A stretch of DNA of 64,000 nucleotides, from NCBI GenBank assembly GCA_963706025.1, contig CAVPLM010000019.1:27076-91075 (forward strand), in the 5' to 3' direction. This document shows, piece after piece, positions 9,963 to 21,272 of this stretch. Source of the DNA: an uncultured Actinomycetes bacterium. GTDB lineage: Bacteria; Actinomycetota; Thermoleophilia; RBG-16-64-13. The notes below the pieces were generated by a model. That model was not told the DNA's origin and made no database searches. It worked only from the letters and a program-made list of their open reading frames with translations. Every line of letters begins with the position of its first letter. Positions within the stretch are counted from its first letter, which is position 1. Position numbers and translations under genes: made by a program.

Positions 9963-10875
9963 GTGGCGGAGCCGGCTTATCGCGTCAGCATCGGTCTTCC
10001 GGTCTTTAACGGAGAGCAATACCTTGAGCAGTGCATCCAGTCGCTGCTCGCGCAGACCTACACACAGTTCGAACTGGTCATATGCGACAACGCGTCTACC
10101 GATGCGACTGAAGAGAATATGTCGCTCATATGCCGCGCTGGATGATCGTATCCGCTACTATCGCAACCCAGAAAACCTCGGCGCTATCCCCAATTTCAAT
10201 CTGACCTTTGAGCTAGGCTCGGGGGAGTACTTCAGGTGGGCCGCTCACGATGACCTGTGCGCGCCGGAGCATCTCGAGCGATGCGTGGCCGTGCTTGACT
10301 CCCGCCCTTCCGTCGTTCTCTGTTACTGCAAGACCATGGAAATAGACTCGGAGGGAAAGGTGGTGGGTCCTTACGAGGATAATCTGGCTCTGCTTGATAG
10401 TGACCCGGTTAGGCGCCATAGGGCTTTTCACCGGCGGTTCAGAAACCAAGAGCGTTGCGAACCGGTGTTCGGTCTAGTCCGGCGTGAAGCCCTGCGCAAG
10501 GCGGGACTTCTCGGCAGCTTCAACTCGTCCGACATCATCCTTCTGCAGAGAATCGTCCTAATGGGGATGATCTACGAGGTTCCGGAGCGCCTTTTCTTCC
10601 GAAGGATCCATGCGCTCAGGTCGACACGCGCGAACAGGTCACCCGAGGCTCTGGCGGAGTGGCTCGACCCCGCCAACCGCGGGCGAGTTGCCGCCCCGCT
10701 GTGGAAACTGGTCTGGGAGCGATTCAGAGCAGTCAAGGACAGCTCTCTGACCGGGTGCAACAAGATCCGCTGCTACATGCATTGCATGAGTTGGCTCATC
10801 TGGTGGTGGCGCTGGCTCGTGCGCGAGGCCTTGAGAGTGATGAGTGCCCGGGTCGTTAACGTCGGCCGCACCTGA
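9963..10875 (+). CDS. GT2 glycosyltransferase (one frameshift near 10115)
   Basis: RVSIGLPVFNGEQYL...DNASTD in one frame, continuing ICRSYAALDDRIRY...WAAHDD in the next. Confidence 0.8.
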
Positions 10876-10949
10876 GCGACAGTCACCAGTTGACTCGTAC
10901 CGGCATCCTCTCATGTTCTCGATCGCAGCACCGATATTGAGGATAGTAT

Positions 10950-12017
10950 TTGCCCGTCCTTTCCATCGGTTCAAGGGTTCAGCAGGTGGGGGTCAGATTG
11001 CTCGTTAGCATAGTCATGCCCTGTTTCAATGTCGCGGACACCATCTCGCGCACTATCCGTTCAGTCTGCAACCAGACGTTCACCGGCTTCGAACTGCTGG
11101 CCGTCGACGATGGATCCGTAGACAAGACCGTGGAGATCATTCGCGATCGTGCCCATCAACACATGCCAGCCCGAGCGGAGCTTCGCGTTCTCTCCCAAGA
11201 GAATCGCGGACCCGGAGCAGCCAGGAACCGGGGTATGAGCGAGGCTCGCGGCGATGTCATCGCCTTCCTGGACGCCGACGACCTGTGGAGCCCAGAGTAC
11301 CTTGCGACGGTGGCGGCCGCCTTTCAGAGCTTGCCGCACCTCGACGCCCTTGCCTCGAACTCTTGGGACCTCCTCCCAGGGGGATACCATTTGAACGTCA
11401 AGCGGCCCAGGAATGACGAAGTTCTCATCATCGACGACTTCTTCAAGGCGGTGCTGCAGGGGACCATGGTGGTACGCACCAGCGGGATCTCGATCCGGCG
11501 GTCCGTAGTCAGCAGAGTCGGCCATATGAGAGAGGACCTGCTCCGATCGCAAGACCGAGAGTACTGGGCACGACTGGCGGCGTCTCGAGTCTGTTGGGGG
11601 TTTTCGCCTGAACCTCTCGTGGTCTACAACGGGATGAGAACCAAATCAGTATCCAACAACGAGTCGCGGTTCGTGAAGGTGCCCTCCCCAGAGATGTGGA
11701 GCAGAGAGGTCTGGCCACTGCTCGACTCCAGCATGCACGATGGCTTCCGGGGTTGGTACATGGAGCGCGCGCGGGAAATGTGCCGGGAGGCCCTGCAGGC
11801 GGGGCTCGACGACCAGGCGAGAGCCACCGCGAAGGAGGCGCTTTCACGCGCAGCCGATTGCCGCGACACTCTCTTCTTCCTCGCGGTGCGCTACGCTCCC
11901 AGAAAGGTCAATCGGTTCGTATGGCCAGCAGGCTCGCGGGTCAAGAGTTTATTTCGAAAAGCGGGCGGCGCACGTGATCTGACGCATGTAATGTCCGACT
12001 CGCCCAACCAACCTTAG
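10950..12017 (+). CDS. GT2 glycosyltransferase (start uncertain)
   Basis: VSIVMPCFN, VDDGSVD, GPGAARNRG, FLDADD. Confidence 0.85.
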   Translation: MPVLSIGSRVQQVGVRLLVSIVMPCFNVADTISRTIRSVCNQTFTGFELLAVDDGSVDKTVEIIRDRAHQHMPARAELRVLSQENRGPGAARNRGMSEARGDVIAFLDADDLWSPEYLATVAAAFQSLPHLDALASNSWDLLPGGYHLNVKRPRNDEVLIIDDFFKAVLQGTMVVRTSGISIRRSVVSRVGHMREDLLRSQDREYWARLAASRVCWGFSPEPLVVYNGMRTKSVSNNESRFVKVPSPEMWSREVWPLLDSSMHDGFRGWYMERAREMCREALQAGLDDQARATAKEALSRAADCRDTLFFLAVRYAPRKVNRFVWPAGSRVKSLFRKAGGARDLTHVMSDSPNQP

Positions 12018-12183
12018 GTCCGTACCCTCGGGGCGCCCGAACGATCATGCGGCGTATAGGTCGTTGTGCACCGCGCAGCACCGCCCGAGTTCCGAGCTTG
12101 GGGAATCAAGTGCGCACTGGTTCGTGTCGATACGGGCACTGGGCATTGAAAGATGGTTGGACGAAGAGCCAAAAGGGAAAGCA

Positions 12184-13420
12184 ATGACAGAAATGCCTAG
12201 ATGTAGATTCTGTGGACAACCACTCGAGGTGACCTTCGTCGACCTGGGAATGTCTCCTCTGTGCGAGAGCTTCTTGTCCGCCGATCGTCTGCACCAGATG
12301 GAGCCTTTCTATCCGTTGCATGTCTACGTCTGCGCTTCTTGTTTCTTGGTCCAACTCGAGGAGCACGTCAGCCCAGAAGACATCTTCTCCGAGTACGCCT
12401 ACTTCTCGTCGTATTCGACCAGCTGGTTGGAGCACTCCAAACGCTATGTGGACGAGATGGTAGAGCAGTTGGCGCTGACACCAGACTCCCAGGTCGTCGA
12501 GGTCGCAAGTAACGACGGCTACCTTCTCCAGTACTTTCTCCCCCACGGCATCGTTCCCCTCGGCATCGAACCTGCGGCCAACGTGGCCCGGGAGGCGGAG
12601 GCGAAGGGGGTCCACACACTGGTTGAGTTCTTCACCTCGGAGATGGCTCGAGCTCTAGTGCGGGAAGGGCGGGCAGCCGACCTGATCATCGGCAACAACG
12701 TTCTGGCCCAAGTTCCCAACCTCCGGGACTTCGTGGAGGGTCTAAGTATCCTTTTGCGACCGGGCGGTGTGCTCACCCTCGAGTTCCCCCACATCCTCCG
12801 CCTTATGGACGAGAGACCAATTCGACACCATCTACCACGAGCACTTTTCGTACTTCTCCTTCCTCACCGCCGAACGGATTCTTGGGTCATACGGTCTGCA
12901 GGTCTACGATGTCGAGGAACTGACCACGCACGGAGGCTCTCTGCGGCTCCACGCGCGGCGCGCGGAAGACCAGTCCCGGCCGGTGACATCGCGGGTGAAC
13001 AGACTACGCGAACTTGAACTGGAGCGAGGACTTGGACATCTTGCTGGGTACAGCTCTTTCGCCCCCCGGGTGGAGAAGACGAAGCGCGAACTGCTCAAAT
13101 TCCTCATCGACGCCAAGGAGAGCGGGAAGTCCGTCGTTGGCTACGGGGCGCCCGGCAAGGGCAATACGCTGCTCAACTACTGCGGAATCCGGACGGACTT
13201 GCTCGACTACACTGTCGATCGCAACCCTCATAAGTGGGGCATGTACCTTCCGGGCACACACATCCCTATCTTTGCGCCAGACCGACTTGCGGAGACCCGG
13301 CCGGATTATGTCTTGATCCTGCCCTGGAACTTGAAGGAAGAGATCACTGCTCAGCTGGAGTACGTAGGGTCGTGGGGTGGCCGCTTGGTCGTCCCCATAC
13401 CGGAGGTGCAGGTGCTTTGA
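12184..13420 (+). CDS. NDP-hexose C3-methyltransferase (Zn-binding, SAM-dependent; frameshift near 12812)
   Basis: CRFCG...CASCFLVQL Zn motif, EVASNDGYLL, FDTIYHEHFSY, THGGSLR, GYGAPGKGNTLLNY. Confidence 0.88.
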
Positions 13421-14196
13421 AAGTCGTTCTTTTCTGCGGGGGGCGTGGCACCCGGCTCAATGGACCCGGAGGAGACGTACCCAAACCGATGTTGGCGATC
13501 GGCTACCGGCCGATCTTGTGGCACGTCATGAAGTACTATGCGCACTTCGGGCACAAGGATTTCGTCCTCTGCCTGGGTCACCGGGCAGACGCCATCAAGG
13601 ACTACTTTCTCCACTATGACGAGGCGATCTCCAACGATTTCGTCCTGAGCGACGGTGGGCGGCAGGTGCGGCTGATGAACAGCGACATCGATGACTGGAC
13701 CATCACCTTTGTGGATACAGGTCTGCAGGCGAGCATCGGCGAGCGCCTGAAAGCGGTAGAACCCTATGTCGAGGGAGATGAGTACTTCCTCGCCAACTAC
13801 AGTGACGGGTTGACCGACCTCGATCTCAACAGTTATATCGAGCAGACGCAGCGCCAGGACAGAGTGATGACTCTTCTCGCTGTGCGCCCGGAGCTCACCT
13901 TGCATACAGTCTCCTCAAACGACTCGGGGTTTGTTGAGGCGATCAGACCCATGAGCGAGACCGATCTGTGGATAAACGGGGGCTATTTCCTCTGTAAGCA
14001 GGAGGTCTTTGGCTATCTCCATATGGGCGAGGACCTGGTCGGACCCACATTCGAACGGTTGATCGCTGACGGGGAGCTCTTGGCCTTCAGGTATCCTGGA
14101 TTCTTCAAGGCTATGGACACGTTCCGCGATAAACAGGAGCTTGAAGAGTTGTGGGCGGGGGGACGTGCCCCCTGGGAGGTCTGGAAGTGCGCTTGA
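13417..14196 (+). CDS. rfbF: Glucose-1-phosphate cytidylyltransferase
   Basis: KVVLFCGGRGTRL...PKPML, ILWHVMKYY, WINGGYF, MDTFRD; TTG start overlaps the upstream stop. Confidence 0.85.
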   Translation: MKVVLFCGGRGTRLNGPGGDVPKPMLAIGYRPILWHVMKYYAHFGHKDFVLCLGHRADAIKDYFLHYDEAISNDFVLSDGGRQVRLMNSDIDDWTITFVDTGLQASIGERLKAVEPYVEGDEYFLANYSDGLTDLDLNSYIEQTQRQDRVMTLLAVRPELTLHTVSSNDSGFVEAIRPMSETDLWINGGYFLCKQEVFGYLHMGEDLVGPTFERLIADGELLAFRYPGFFKAMDTFRDKQELEELWAGGRAPWEVWKCA

Positions 14197-14823
14197 TCGG
14201 TCTGCGCAGCGTGCTGTGCCTGGGCGCCCACGCCGATGACATAGAAATCGGCTGTGGCGGGACCGTCATTCGTTTGTTGGAGGAGAATCCCGAACTCGAG
14301 GTCCATTGGGTCGTTTTGAGCGCTCCCGGCGAGCGAGCGCAAGAGGCCCGGGGCAGCGCAGATCTGTTTCTGGCGGGTTCGGGACTCGCCGATGTGCGGG
14401 TTGCCGATTTCCGGGAGAGCTACTTTCCCTATGTAGGCGAGGAGGTGAAGGCGTACGTCGACCGCCTCCGTTCCGAACTCGAGCCGGAGGTGATCTTCAC
14501 CCATTGGCGCGGAGATTTCCACCAGGACCACCGGCTCGTGGGAGAGTTGACGTGGAATTCGTTCCGCAGCCACCTCATATTGGAGTACGAGATTCCCGAA
14601 ATGGGACGGCGACATGGGTCGCCCAAATGTCTTCATGCCCCTCGAGCGAGCCTTCTGCAGTCAGAAGATCGACCATCTACTGGGAGCGTTCCCCTCGCAG
14701 ATCGGCAAGGATTGGTTCGACGCCGAGTTGTTCTGGAGTCTGCTTAGGCTCCGCGGGATGGAGGCCCGTTCTTCGAGCGGCTACGCCGAGGCGTTCCACT
14801 GCCGCAAGCTGGTGTTGGGCTAG
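14187..14823 (+). CDS. PIG-L/LmbE family deacetylase (frameshift near 14600)
   Basis: LCLGAHADDIEIGCGG, HQDHR, ILEYEIP, C-terminal YAEAF. Confidence 0.85.
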
Positions 14824-14848
14824 ATCTGCTGCATCCGGAGGTAGCGAG

Positions 14849-15889
14849 GTGAAGGTACTAGTAACGGGGCACGATGGATACATCGGCAGCGTCATGGTGC
14901 CCGTTCTGCAGGCGGCCGGCCACGAGGTGGTGGGTCTCGACAACCGGCTGTTTCGCGAGTGCGGCTTTGGAGTGCCGGCGCCCCCTGTCCCGGCGCTGGA
15001 CCTTGACCTGCGCGAGGTGCAGATCGACGATCTGCAGGGGTTCGACGCCGTCGTCCATCTGGCCGGGATCTCGAACGATCCTGTGGGCGATCTCAGCCCG
15101 ACCTGCACCTACGACATCAATCACCTGGCTTCCGTGCGGCTCGCCGCTCTGGCGAAGCAGGCTCGGGTATCCCGCTTCCTGTTCTCTTCGTCTTGCAGTC
15201 TCTACGGCTCCGCCGGTGAGGACTACGTTGATGAGAATGCCGGCTTCAATCCGGTTACCCCCTACGGCGAGTCCAAGATCCTGGTGGAGCAAGACGTATC
15301 CCTAATGACCGACGATGACTTCAGCCCGACCTTCTTGCGCAACGCCACGGCCTACGGGGTGTCGCCGCGGCTGCGGGCGGATCTGGTGGTCAACAATCTC
15401 ACCGGCTTCGCCTTTCTTCAGGGTGAAGTGCTTCTCAGCAGCGACGGGACCCCGTGGCGTCCTCTGGTTCATATCGAAGACATCTCGCGCGCATTCCTAG
15501 CCTGTCTCGATGCGCCCCGCGAGGTTGTTCACAACCAGTCTTTCAACATCGGGCGCACGGAAGAGAACTATCAGATCCGCGACGTCGCGGAGATCGTGCG
15601 CGACGTCGTGCCGGGAAGTCGAGTCGCCTTCGGTGAAGGGGCAGCGGCCGATATTCGCGACTACCGTGTGGACTGCAGTAAACTTGCCCGGACATTTCCC
15701 CACGCCGTGCCCCGATGGACGGTACGTCGTGGGGTCGAAGAACTCTACGAAGCCTATCAGCGGATCGGTCTGACCGCCGATGATTTCCGTGATCGCTACG
15801 TGCGCATCGCGCACATCAAGCGATTGATGGCCGAAGGTCGGCTGGATGACGGTCTGCGCTGGACGGCAAAGGTGGATGGCGAAGCATGA
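14849..15889 (+). CDS. NAD-dependent nucleotide-sugar epimerase/oxidoreductase (extended SDR)
   Basis: KVLVTGHDGYIG, SSSCSLYG, YGESK, WRPLVH. Confidence 0.85.
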   Translation: MKVLVTGHDGYIGSVMVPVLQAAGHEVVGLDNRLFRECGFGVPAPPVPALDLDLREVQIDDLQGFDAVVHLAGISNDPVGDLSPTCTYDINHLASVRLAALAKQARVSRFLFSSSCSLYGSAGEDYVDENAGFNPVTPYGESKILVEQDVSLMTDDDFSPTFLRNATAYGVSPRLRADLVVNNLTGFAFLQGEVLLSSDGTPWRPLVHIEDISRAFLACLDAPREVVHNQSFNIGRTEENYQIRDVAEIVRDVVPGSRVAFGEGAAADIRDYRVDCSKLARTFPHAVPRWTVRRGVEELYEAYQRIGLTADDFRDRYVRIAHIKRLMAEGRLDDGLRWTAKVDGEA

Positions 15890-16464
15890 TCTTCACGGAG
15901 ACGAAGCTGCAGGGCGCCTTTATCATCGACATAAGGAGATTGGAGGACGATCGGGGGTTCTTTGCAAGGTCCTTTTGCCAGAACGAGTTCATGGAGCATG
16001 GGCTGAAGCCGGTCATCGCCCAGGCGAACATCGCGTATAACCACCGGGCCGGTACTGTGCGAGGCATGCATTTCCAGTACCCCCCGGCGGCTGAGACCAA
16101 GCTGGTGCGTTGCACGCGAGGGGCGGTCTCGGACATCATCGTGGACCTGCGACCAGAGAGCCCCACGTATCTCGAGCACATCACGGTCGAACTGAACGAG
16201 GAGAACCTTCGGGCACTCTACGTGCCCGAACGTTTCGCTCATGGTTATCAGGTACTCCGGGACGAGACCGAGGTCACCTATCAAGTGGGCGAATACTACA
16301 CGCCCGACGCCGAAGGGGGTCTATCGTTCGACGATCCGCGTCTGGGACTTGAGTGGCCTCTCCCCGTCACGGAGATCTCAGCCAAAGATCGGGCGTGGCT
16401 GCCGCTGAGCCAGATAGAGGCAGGGCTCAAGAGCCGCATGAGTCTCCAGGGGGATCAAGCATGA
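15886..16464 (+). CDS. rfbC: NDP-4-keto-hexose 3,5-epimerase (RmlC/RfbC family)
   Basis: DDRGFFAR, GTVRGMHFQ, KLVRCTRG, VDLRPESPTY, FAHGYQ. Confidence 0.85.
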   Translation: MIFTETKLQGAFIIDIRRLEDDRGFFARSFCQNEFMEHGLKPVIAQANIAYNHRAGTVRGMHFQYPPAAETKLVRCTRGAVSDIIVDLRPESPTYLEHITVELNEENLRALYVPERFAHGYQVLRDETEVTYQVGEYYTPDAEGGLSFDDPRLGLEWPLPVTEISAKDRAWLPLSQIEAGLKSRMSLQGDQA

Positions 16465-17792
16465 TTCTGGTTGACACGGCGCTCAGGGCCCGCGAGGCAG
16501 CGGGCAATCCGATACGGGTGGGCATAGTGGGCGCCGGTTTCATGGTCCAAGGGCTCACGAACCAGATTACGAACAGCGTCCCCGGCATGCGGGTGGTGGC
16601 CGTGCAGAATCGCCACGTGGAGAGGGCGGTCCACGTGCTTCGCTACACGGGCATCGAGGATCCCGTGGAGGTGACGACGCAGGGACAGCTGGAAGACGCG
16701 ATCCGCTCCGGCAGACCGGCCTTTTCAGAGGATGCTCTTCTGTTGGCGAGATCGGAGCAGATCGATGTGCTGGCAGAAGTGACCGGGTCGGTCGAGTTCG
16801 GCGCGCGGGTTGTTCTTGAAGCTTTCGAGCACGGCAAAGACGTCGTGCTCATGAACGCCGAGTTGGACGCCACGATCGGGCCGATCCTGCAGATCTACGC
16901 GGAGAAGCACGGAGTCATTCTCTCCGCCTGCGACGGTGACGAGCCTGGGGTGCAGATGAATCTGTATCGCTGGGTCAAGGGTTTGGGTCTGACCCCGCGG
17001 GTTCTCGGGAACGTGAAGGGACTTCAGGACCCCTACAGAAACCCCACCACGCAGAAGGGCTTTGCCGAGCGTTGGGGCCAGAACCCGGCAATGGTGACCA
17101 GCTTCGCCGATGGGTCGAAGATCAGTTTTGAGCAGACCATCGTGGCGAACGCCACCGGGTTCAGGGTCAAATCACGAGGGATGTCCAGAGGCCTTGAGTA
17201 CTCCGGCGACATCATGAAGATCGGCGAACTCTACGATGTGGAGGAATTGCGCGAACTTGGCGGCATAGTGGATTACGTGGTGGGCACACCGCTCACGAAA
17301 GTGTACTGCCTGGCAGAGCATCCGGATGCGAAACAGCAGACATACCTGAATCTCTACAAGATGGGCGAGGGCCCGCTCTACCCCTTCTTCATACCCTACC
17401 ACCTCGTCCACTTCGAGGTGCCCAACGCAATAGCACGGGTAGCGTTGTTCCGTGACTCGGTCGCCCCGCCTCTTGCTGGACCTGTGGTCGAGGTATGTGC
17501 TTTGGCGAAGCGTGATCTTGCGGCGGGCGAGATTCTTGACGATTACGGCATGTACATGACCTATGGAGAAGCAGTCAACACCGATGAGATGAGCGAGAAG
17601 CGCTACCTGCCCGAGGGTCTCGTGGAGGGCTGCAAGCTTAGAAGAAGCGTCCGGAAGGACGACGTCATCACATACGACGACGTAGAGCTTCCGCCGGATC
17701 GGCTCGCCGACAAGCTACGCCTCGAGCAGTACCGTCGCTTCCGTGGTGAAGACTGGCTGGAGGAGTACCTGAGTCAGGATAGCAGATCATGA
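16461..17792 (+). CDS. Homoserine-dehydrogenase-like NAD(P) oxidoreductase with C-terminal SAF domain
   Basis: VGIVGAGFM, MNAELDATIGP, DGDEPG, SFADGSK; SAF motif AKRDLAAGEILD...ITYDDVELP. Confidence 0.8.
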   Translation: MILVDTALRAREAAGNPIRVGIVGAGFMVQGLTNQITNSVPGMRVVAVQNRHVERAVHVLRYTGIEDPVEVTTQGQLEDAIRSGRPAFSEDALLLARSEQIDVLAEVTGSVEFGARVVLEAFEHGKDVVLMNAELDATIGPILQIYAEKHGVILSACDGDEPGVQMNLYRWVKGLGLTPRVLGNVKGLQDPYRNPTTQKGFAERWGQNPAMVTSFADGSKISFEQTIVANATGFRVKSRGMSRGLEYSGDIMKIGELYDVEELRELGGIVDYVVGTPLTKVYCLAEHPDAKQQTYLNLYKMGEGPLYPFFIPYHLVHFEVPNAIARVALFRDSVAPPLAGPVVEVCALAKRDLAAGEILDDYGMYMTYGEAVNTDEMSEKRYLPEGLVEGCKLRRSVRKDDVITYDDVELPPDRLADKLRLEQYRRFRGEDWLEEYLSQDSRS

Positions 17793-17927
17793 TTCACCTA
17801 CTCATGGAGAGCCCGCTCGGCACCCAGGCGCTCGACAATCGCCGGCACTTGCCCTGTCTGAGCGGCTAAGGTATCGGATTCTCCGACGGCGTCCAGAAAG
17901 GCAAGCGCGGTGCTGGCGCGAGAATCG

Positions 17928-19270
17928 TCAAGCACCCGACCCGGGAGAGACCGGCTCTCTTGCCAATATGCGATGGATCAGGGCGAAGGAAATGAAGAGA
18001 CATACTGTGCGGCCGATGAGCATGGCCTGCGGGAATGCGGCGAGATAGACTCCGTCCTCGATCAGCAAGAAGAGGCTACCTCCGTACACCGCTATGCCAC
18101 TTAGGACGCCGATAAGGCGCAGGCGCTGCCGACGCCCGACACTGAAGAGCGCATAGGCCGATTCAAAGCAGCGTATGAAGCATATCGGAAGTGCCCACTG
18201 TATGGCGGGCACTGCATCCACGTATTGCGGGACCAGCAACTGAGCGAGTGGTTCGACCAACCACCAAGCTATCAAGATCACCGGGATGACGGCGAGCGCC
18301 GTAGCAGCGATGGGCTTCGCTATTCCATGAGCCACTTCGCGTAGGCTTCGACCTCCTCCATACTGCTCGTTCATGCGAGGGTAGAGCACCTGACTGACGG
18401 CCCCTGGAATGGTCTGAACAGCGCTCATCGCCAGAACCACCATGGAATACAGACCCATCATTCGAGTGCCACCCAGCCTGAGAACCAGCGTCTGGTCGAT
18501 CACCGCCCAGTAGGCGAAGATCTGAAAGACTAGGAACATCGGTAGACCGATCCGCAGAAGGTGCTTCAAGTTGTCCGTTTCCCAATTGGGACCCACTTTG
18601 ACGGGCCGTCCACGGAAAGAAGGAACACAGTCAGTGCACTGGCGAGGATGGCGCGAAGGCAGAGTCCATAGAAGTCCAGGGGCACCACCAACACGAGAAG
18701 TGCCACTAGGGCTATCTGTTGCGCCACCCGCGCCTTGGCAAGCTTCGCGAAGTCGCGGGCAGTGCGGTAGGTAACCTGCAGGTAGTCGGTATAGAAGAGC
18801 AGGAAGGCTATGATGGCGTTGCTGAACCAGCCGGCGGCCTCCAAAAGGTTGCCTTGAGCCAAGTGCCAACCGGCGACACCGAGCAACGCCGTGAAGACGA
18901 CCCCTCCGACCATGAGGGTCCACGCTTGAGTGACGGCCGCCAACTCCTCAGCCCGGTGACGGTCGCCCTTGCCCACAAAGTAGGGGAGCTCCCTGCTCAG
19001 ACCGGAGGAGACTCCCAGTCCAAGAAGGGCTGCGTAAGGCAGGATCAGGCCGATGCCGTTGAAGAGGCCGAGGGTGGCGGGGTCGACCAGACGTCCTATG
19101 ATGAGTCCGCTGAACGCGCTGAGGAGTGTGGAGACGATGCCGCCACCCGCTAGGTATCCAACCGATCTTCTCGCGGTGATCGGCCGCTCTGTTTTGGTCT
19201 CAGTCTCGGCTGCGGCCTCCCCGCCTGCCGACGGGCGCCGTTTCAGCAGTCTGTTCTTGAAGGATCGCAA
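17928..19270 (-). CDS. Oligosaccharide flippase (Wzx/MOP family; frameshift near 18605)
   Basis: Multi-TM protein over two frames; LLRIGLP, MGLYS, QVLYPRM motifs. Confidence 0.75.
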
Positions 19271-19658
19271 GAGAGGACGCTATCTGCTAACAGCCGTGTC
19301 AATGCCCCCACGACCGAGTGGCACCAGCCTGCGCGTTATGGGCGAGCACACTCGGCCAGCTTCTCGGGCCACGAGGCGCTGCTCCAGGTCAATTCGCCAG
19401 TCGCTCTTGCACACGGTGAACCTCGGTGAGATATACGCTCCGGGCCGAAAGATCAGACGCACGGCCTTCTCTTGGACGCGGAACCGTCAGATACTTCCAG
19501 GATCGACAGGAAACGAGCATATCTAAAGGCAGCCTGATTTGTCGATGGATTTCTTGTGAGAATGCAGGGAGTAGCCCAACTGCGCCGTATAGAAGCGTTA
19601 TCGTCCCGAAATTGGAGGTCAAGCACGTGCTCAGGATCCAGAGAGTCGGTGACCGTCC

Positions 19659-21231
19659 GTGAGGGCGCAAGCAGGCTCGACCGCAGCGAGCATGCAGCGG
19701 CCGTCTGAGCTTTCACGGCGCCTCGATCCTTCCCAGCTGCTCGGTCATTTTGTGGTGGGCCGCTCGTTGCCACTCGAGCCGCCTGGATGGCATCGCCGAC
19801 AGCTGGACGGGTGGACTCTGGTGCACGAGCCGCGCCTCCCGGTCCAGGAGCTTCTGGACTCGGCTGGGGCTGAGATCGGTTGGCTGCTCGGACACGCGAT
19901 CGACCTCCAGTCGGGGACACTGGTCGCGAGCTCGCTCCGAACTCCGCTGCAACGCGACGCCGGCGAGGTCGATCGCGACTTCGAGGACTGGCTCTACCTG
20001 CTTGGGGGCCGGTTTGCAGCGATCATCCTCCATCCGAAGCCGGTCCTGTATCCGGATGCCGTAGGCGGGTTACCGGTGCTGTTCGATGCCGAGCTTCAGT
20101 GTGCGGCATCCTCTCCGTTCCTCCTCTGCTCCCCGGAGGGGACGGTGCCCGACTCGCCCCTCGTCGACGAGATTGCCGTGTTCGAGGGCTGGAGGTGGTT
20201 CGCACTCGGAACGACGTCCCATGCTCGGGCGGATCTTCTGCTGCCGAACCACGTACTCGACCTCGCTCGTTGGGAACAGTCCCGAACCTGGCCGCCGGCA
20301 TCGTTCGACTACGATGACCCCGGGCCCCTGGTCGAGGTTGTCGCGACCACGCTGGAGAAGACTCTCGCCGCGGTGGCGGCGGTTGGGCACCCCAACGTGG
20401 GCCTGACCGCCGGGGGCGATTCTCGGTCGCTTGTCGCGTGCTCACGAGGGGTACTCGATCGAATGCGTTTTTTTACCGTGGCGCAACCGGATGGGCTCGG
20501 GACTATGGACCTGGCCACGGCGCCTGCCCTCGCCAAGCGGTTCGGTCTCGAGTACCGGGTTCTTCCCTGGCTCGAGCCATCGACAGCCGATATCGAGCTC
20601 TTTCATGTACCGTACGGGGTGTCTCATCGGAGAGCCTCGCGGGCGAAAGGCGATACGGAGCTACAATCAGCTCGGAGGCGGCGAGGTCTACGTGTCGGCT
20701 ATGGGCTCGGAGATAGCGCGGGGGACGGGCTGGCGGCGCGGCGACGACCCAAGCGTGCGGCTCGAGCCGGAGGGCTTGCTGAGGCGTTTCGATTTCAGTC
20801 AGCAACCCGAGTTTCTCCGCCGCGCGAGTGATTGGCTTGCCGCCCTTCCAGAGGGGCTCAACGCGCTCGATGCCATGACGCTTTTTGACCAGGAGATGGT
20901 GTGGGGCGCATGGGGCGGCCCCCTGACGTTGGGCTACCCGGACGCCTACAGCTTCACGCTGTACCCATACGGACATCGTGCCATCTTGGACGCCATGCTT
21001 CGTCTTCCCTGGCAGTACCGCCAATCGGTACGCCTCCGCGAGGACATAATGGCCTCTCGCTGGAAGGAGTTGCTCGAAGTTCCGATCAACCGGCGACCTT
21101 TCCGGGTGGCCGTTCGAAAGAAAGCTCACAGGCCGGTGATGCTGGCCAAGGCCGGCCTCTCGTGGAAGGCTTGGAACAGGCTGCTCCTGAGGGCTCGAAG
21201 CGGCTCAGAGCGTCCACCGTCGGGACGTTGA
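19659..21231 (+). CDS. Asparagine-synthetase-like PP-loop protein (frameshift near 20600)
   Basis: LGGRFAAI...DAVGGLPV, LLPNHVLDL, VGLTAGGDSRSL (PP-loop-like), C-terminal RWKELLEVPIN. Confidence 0.6.
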
Positions 21232-21272
21232 CGAAGGGCGGTCCTTTCTCCCTTCAGCCCTGCAGGCGGTGA

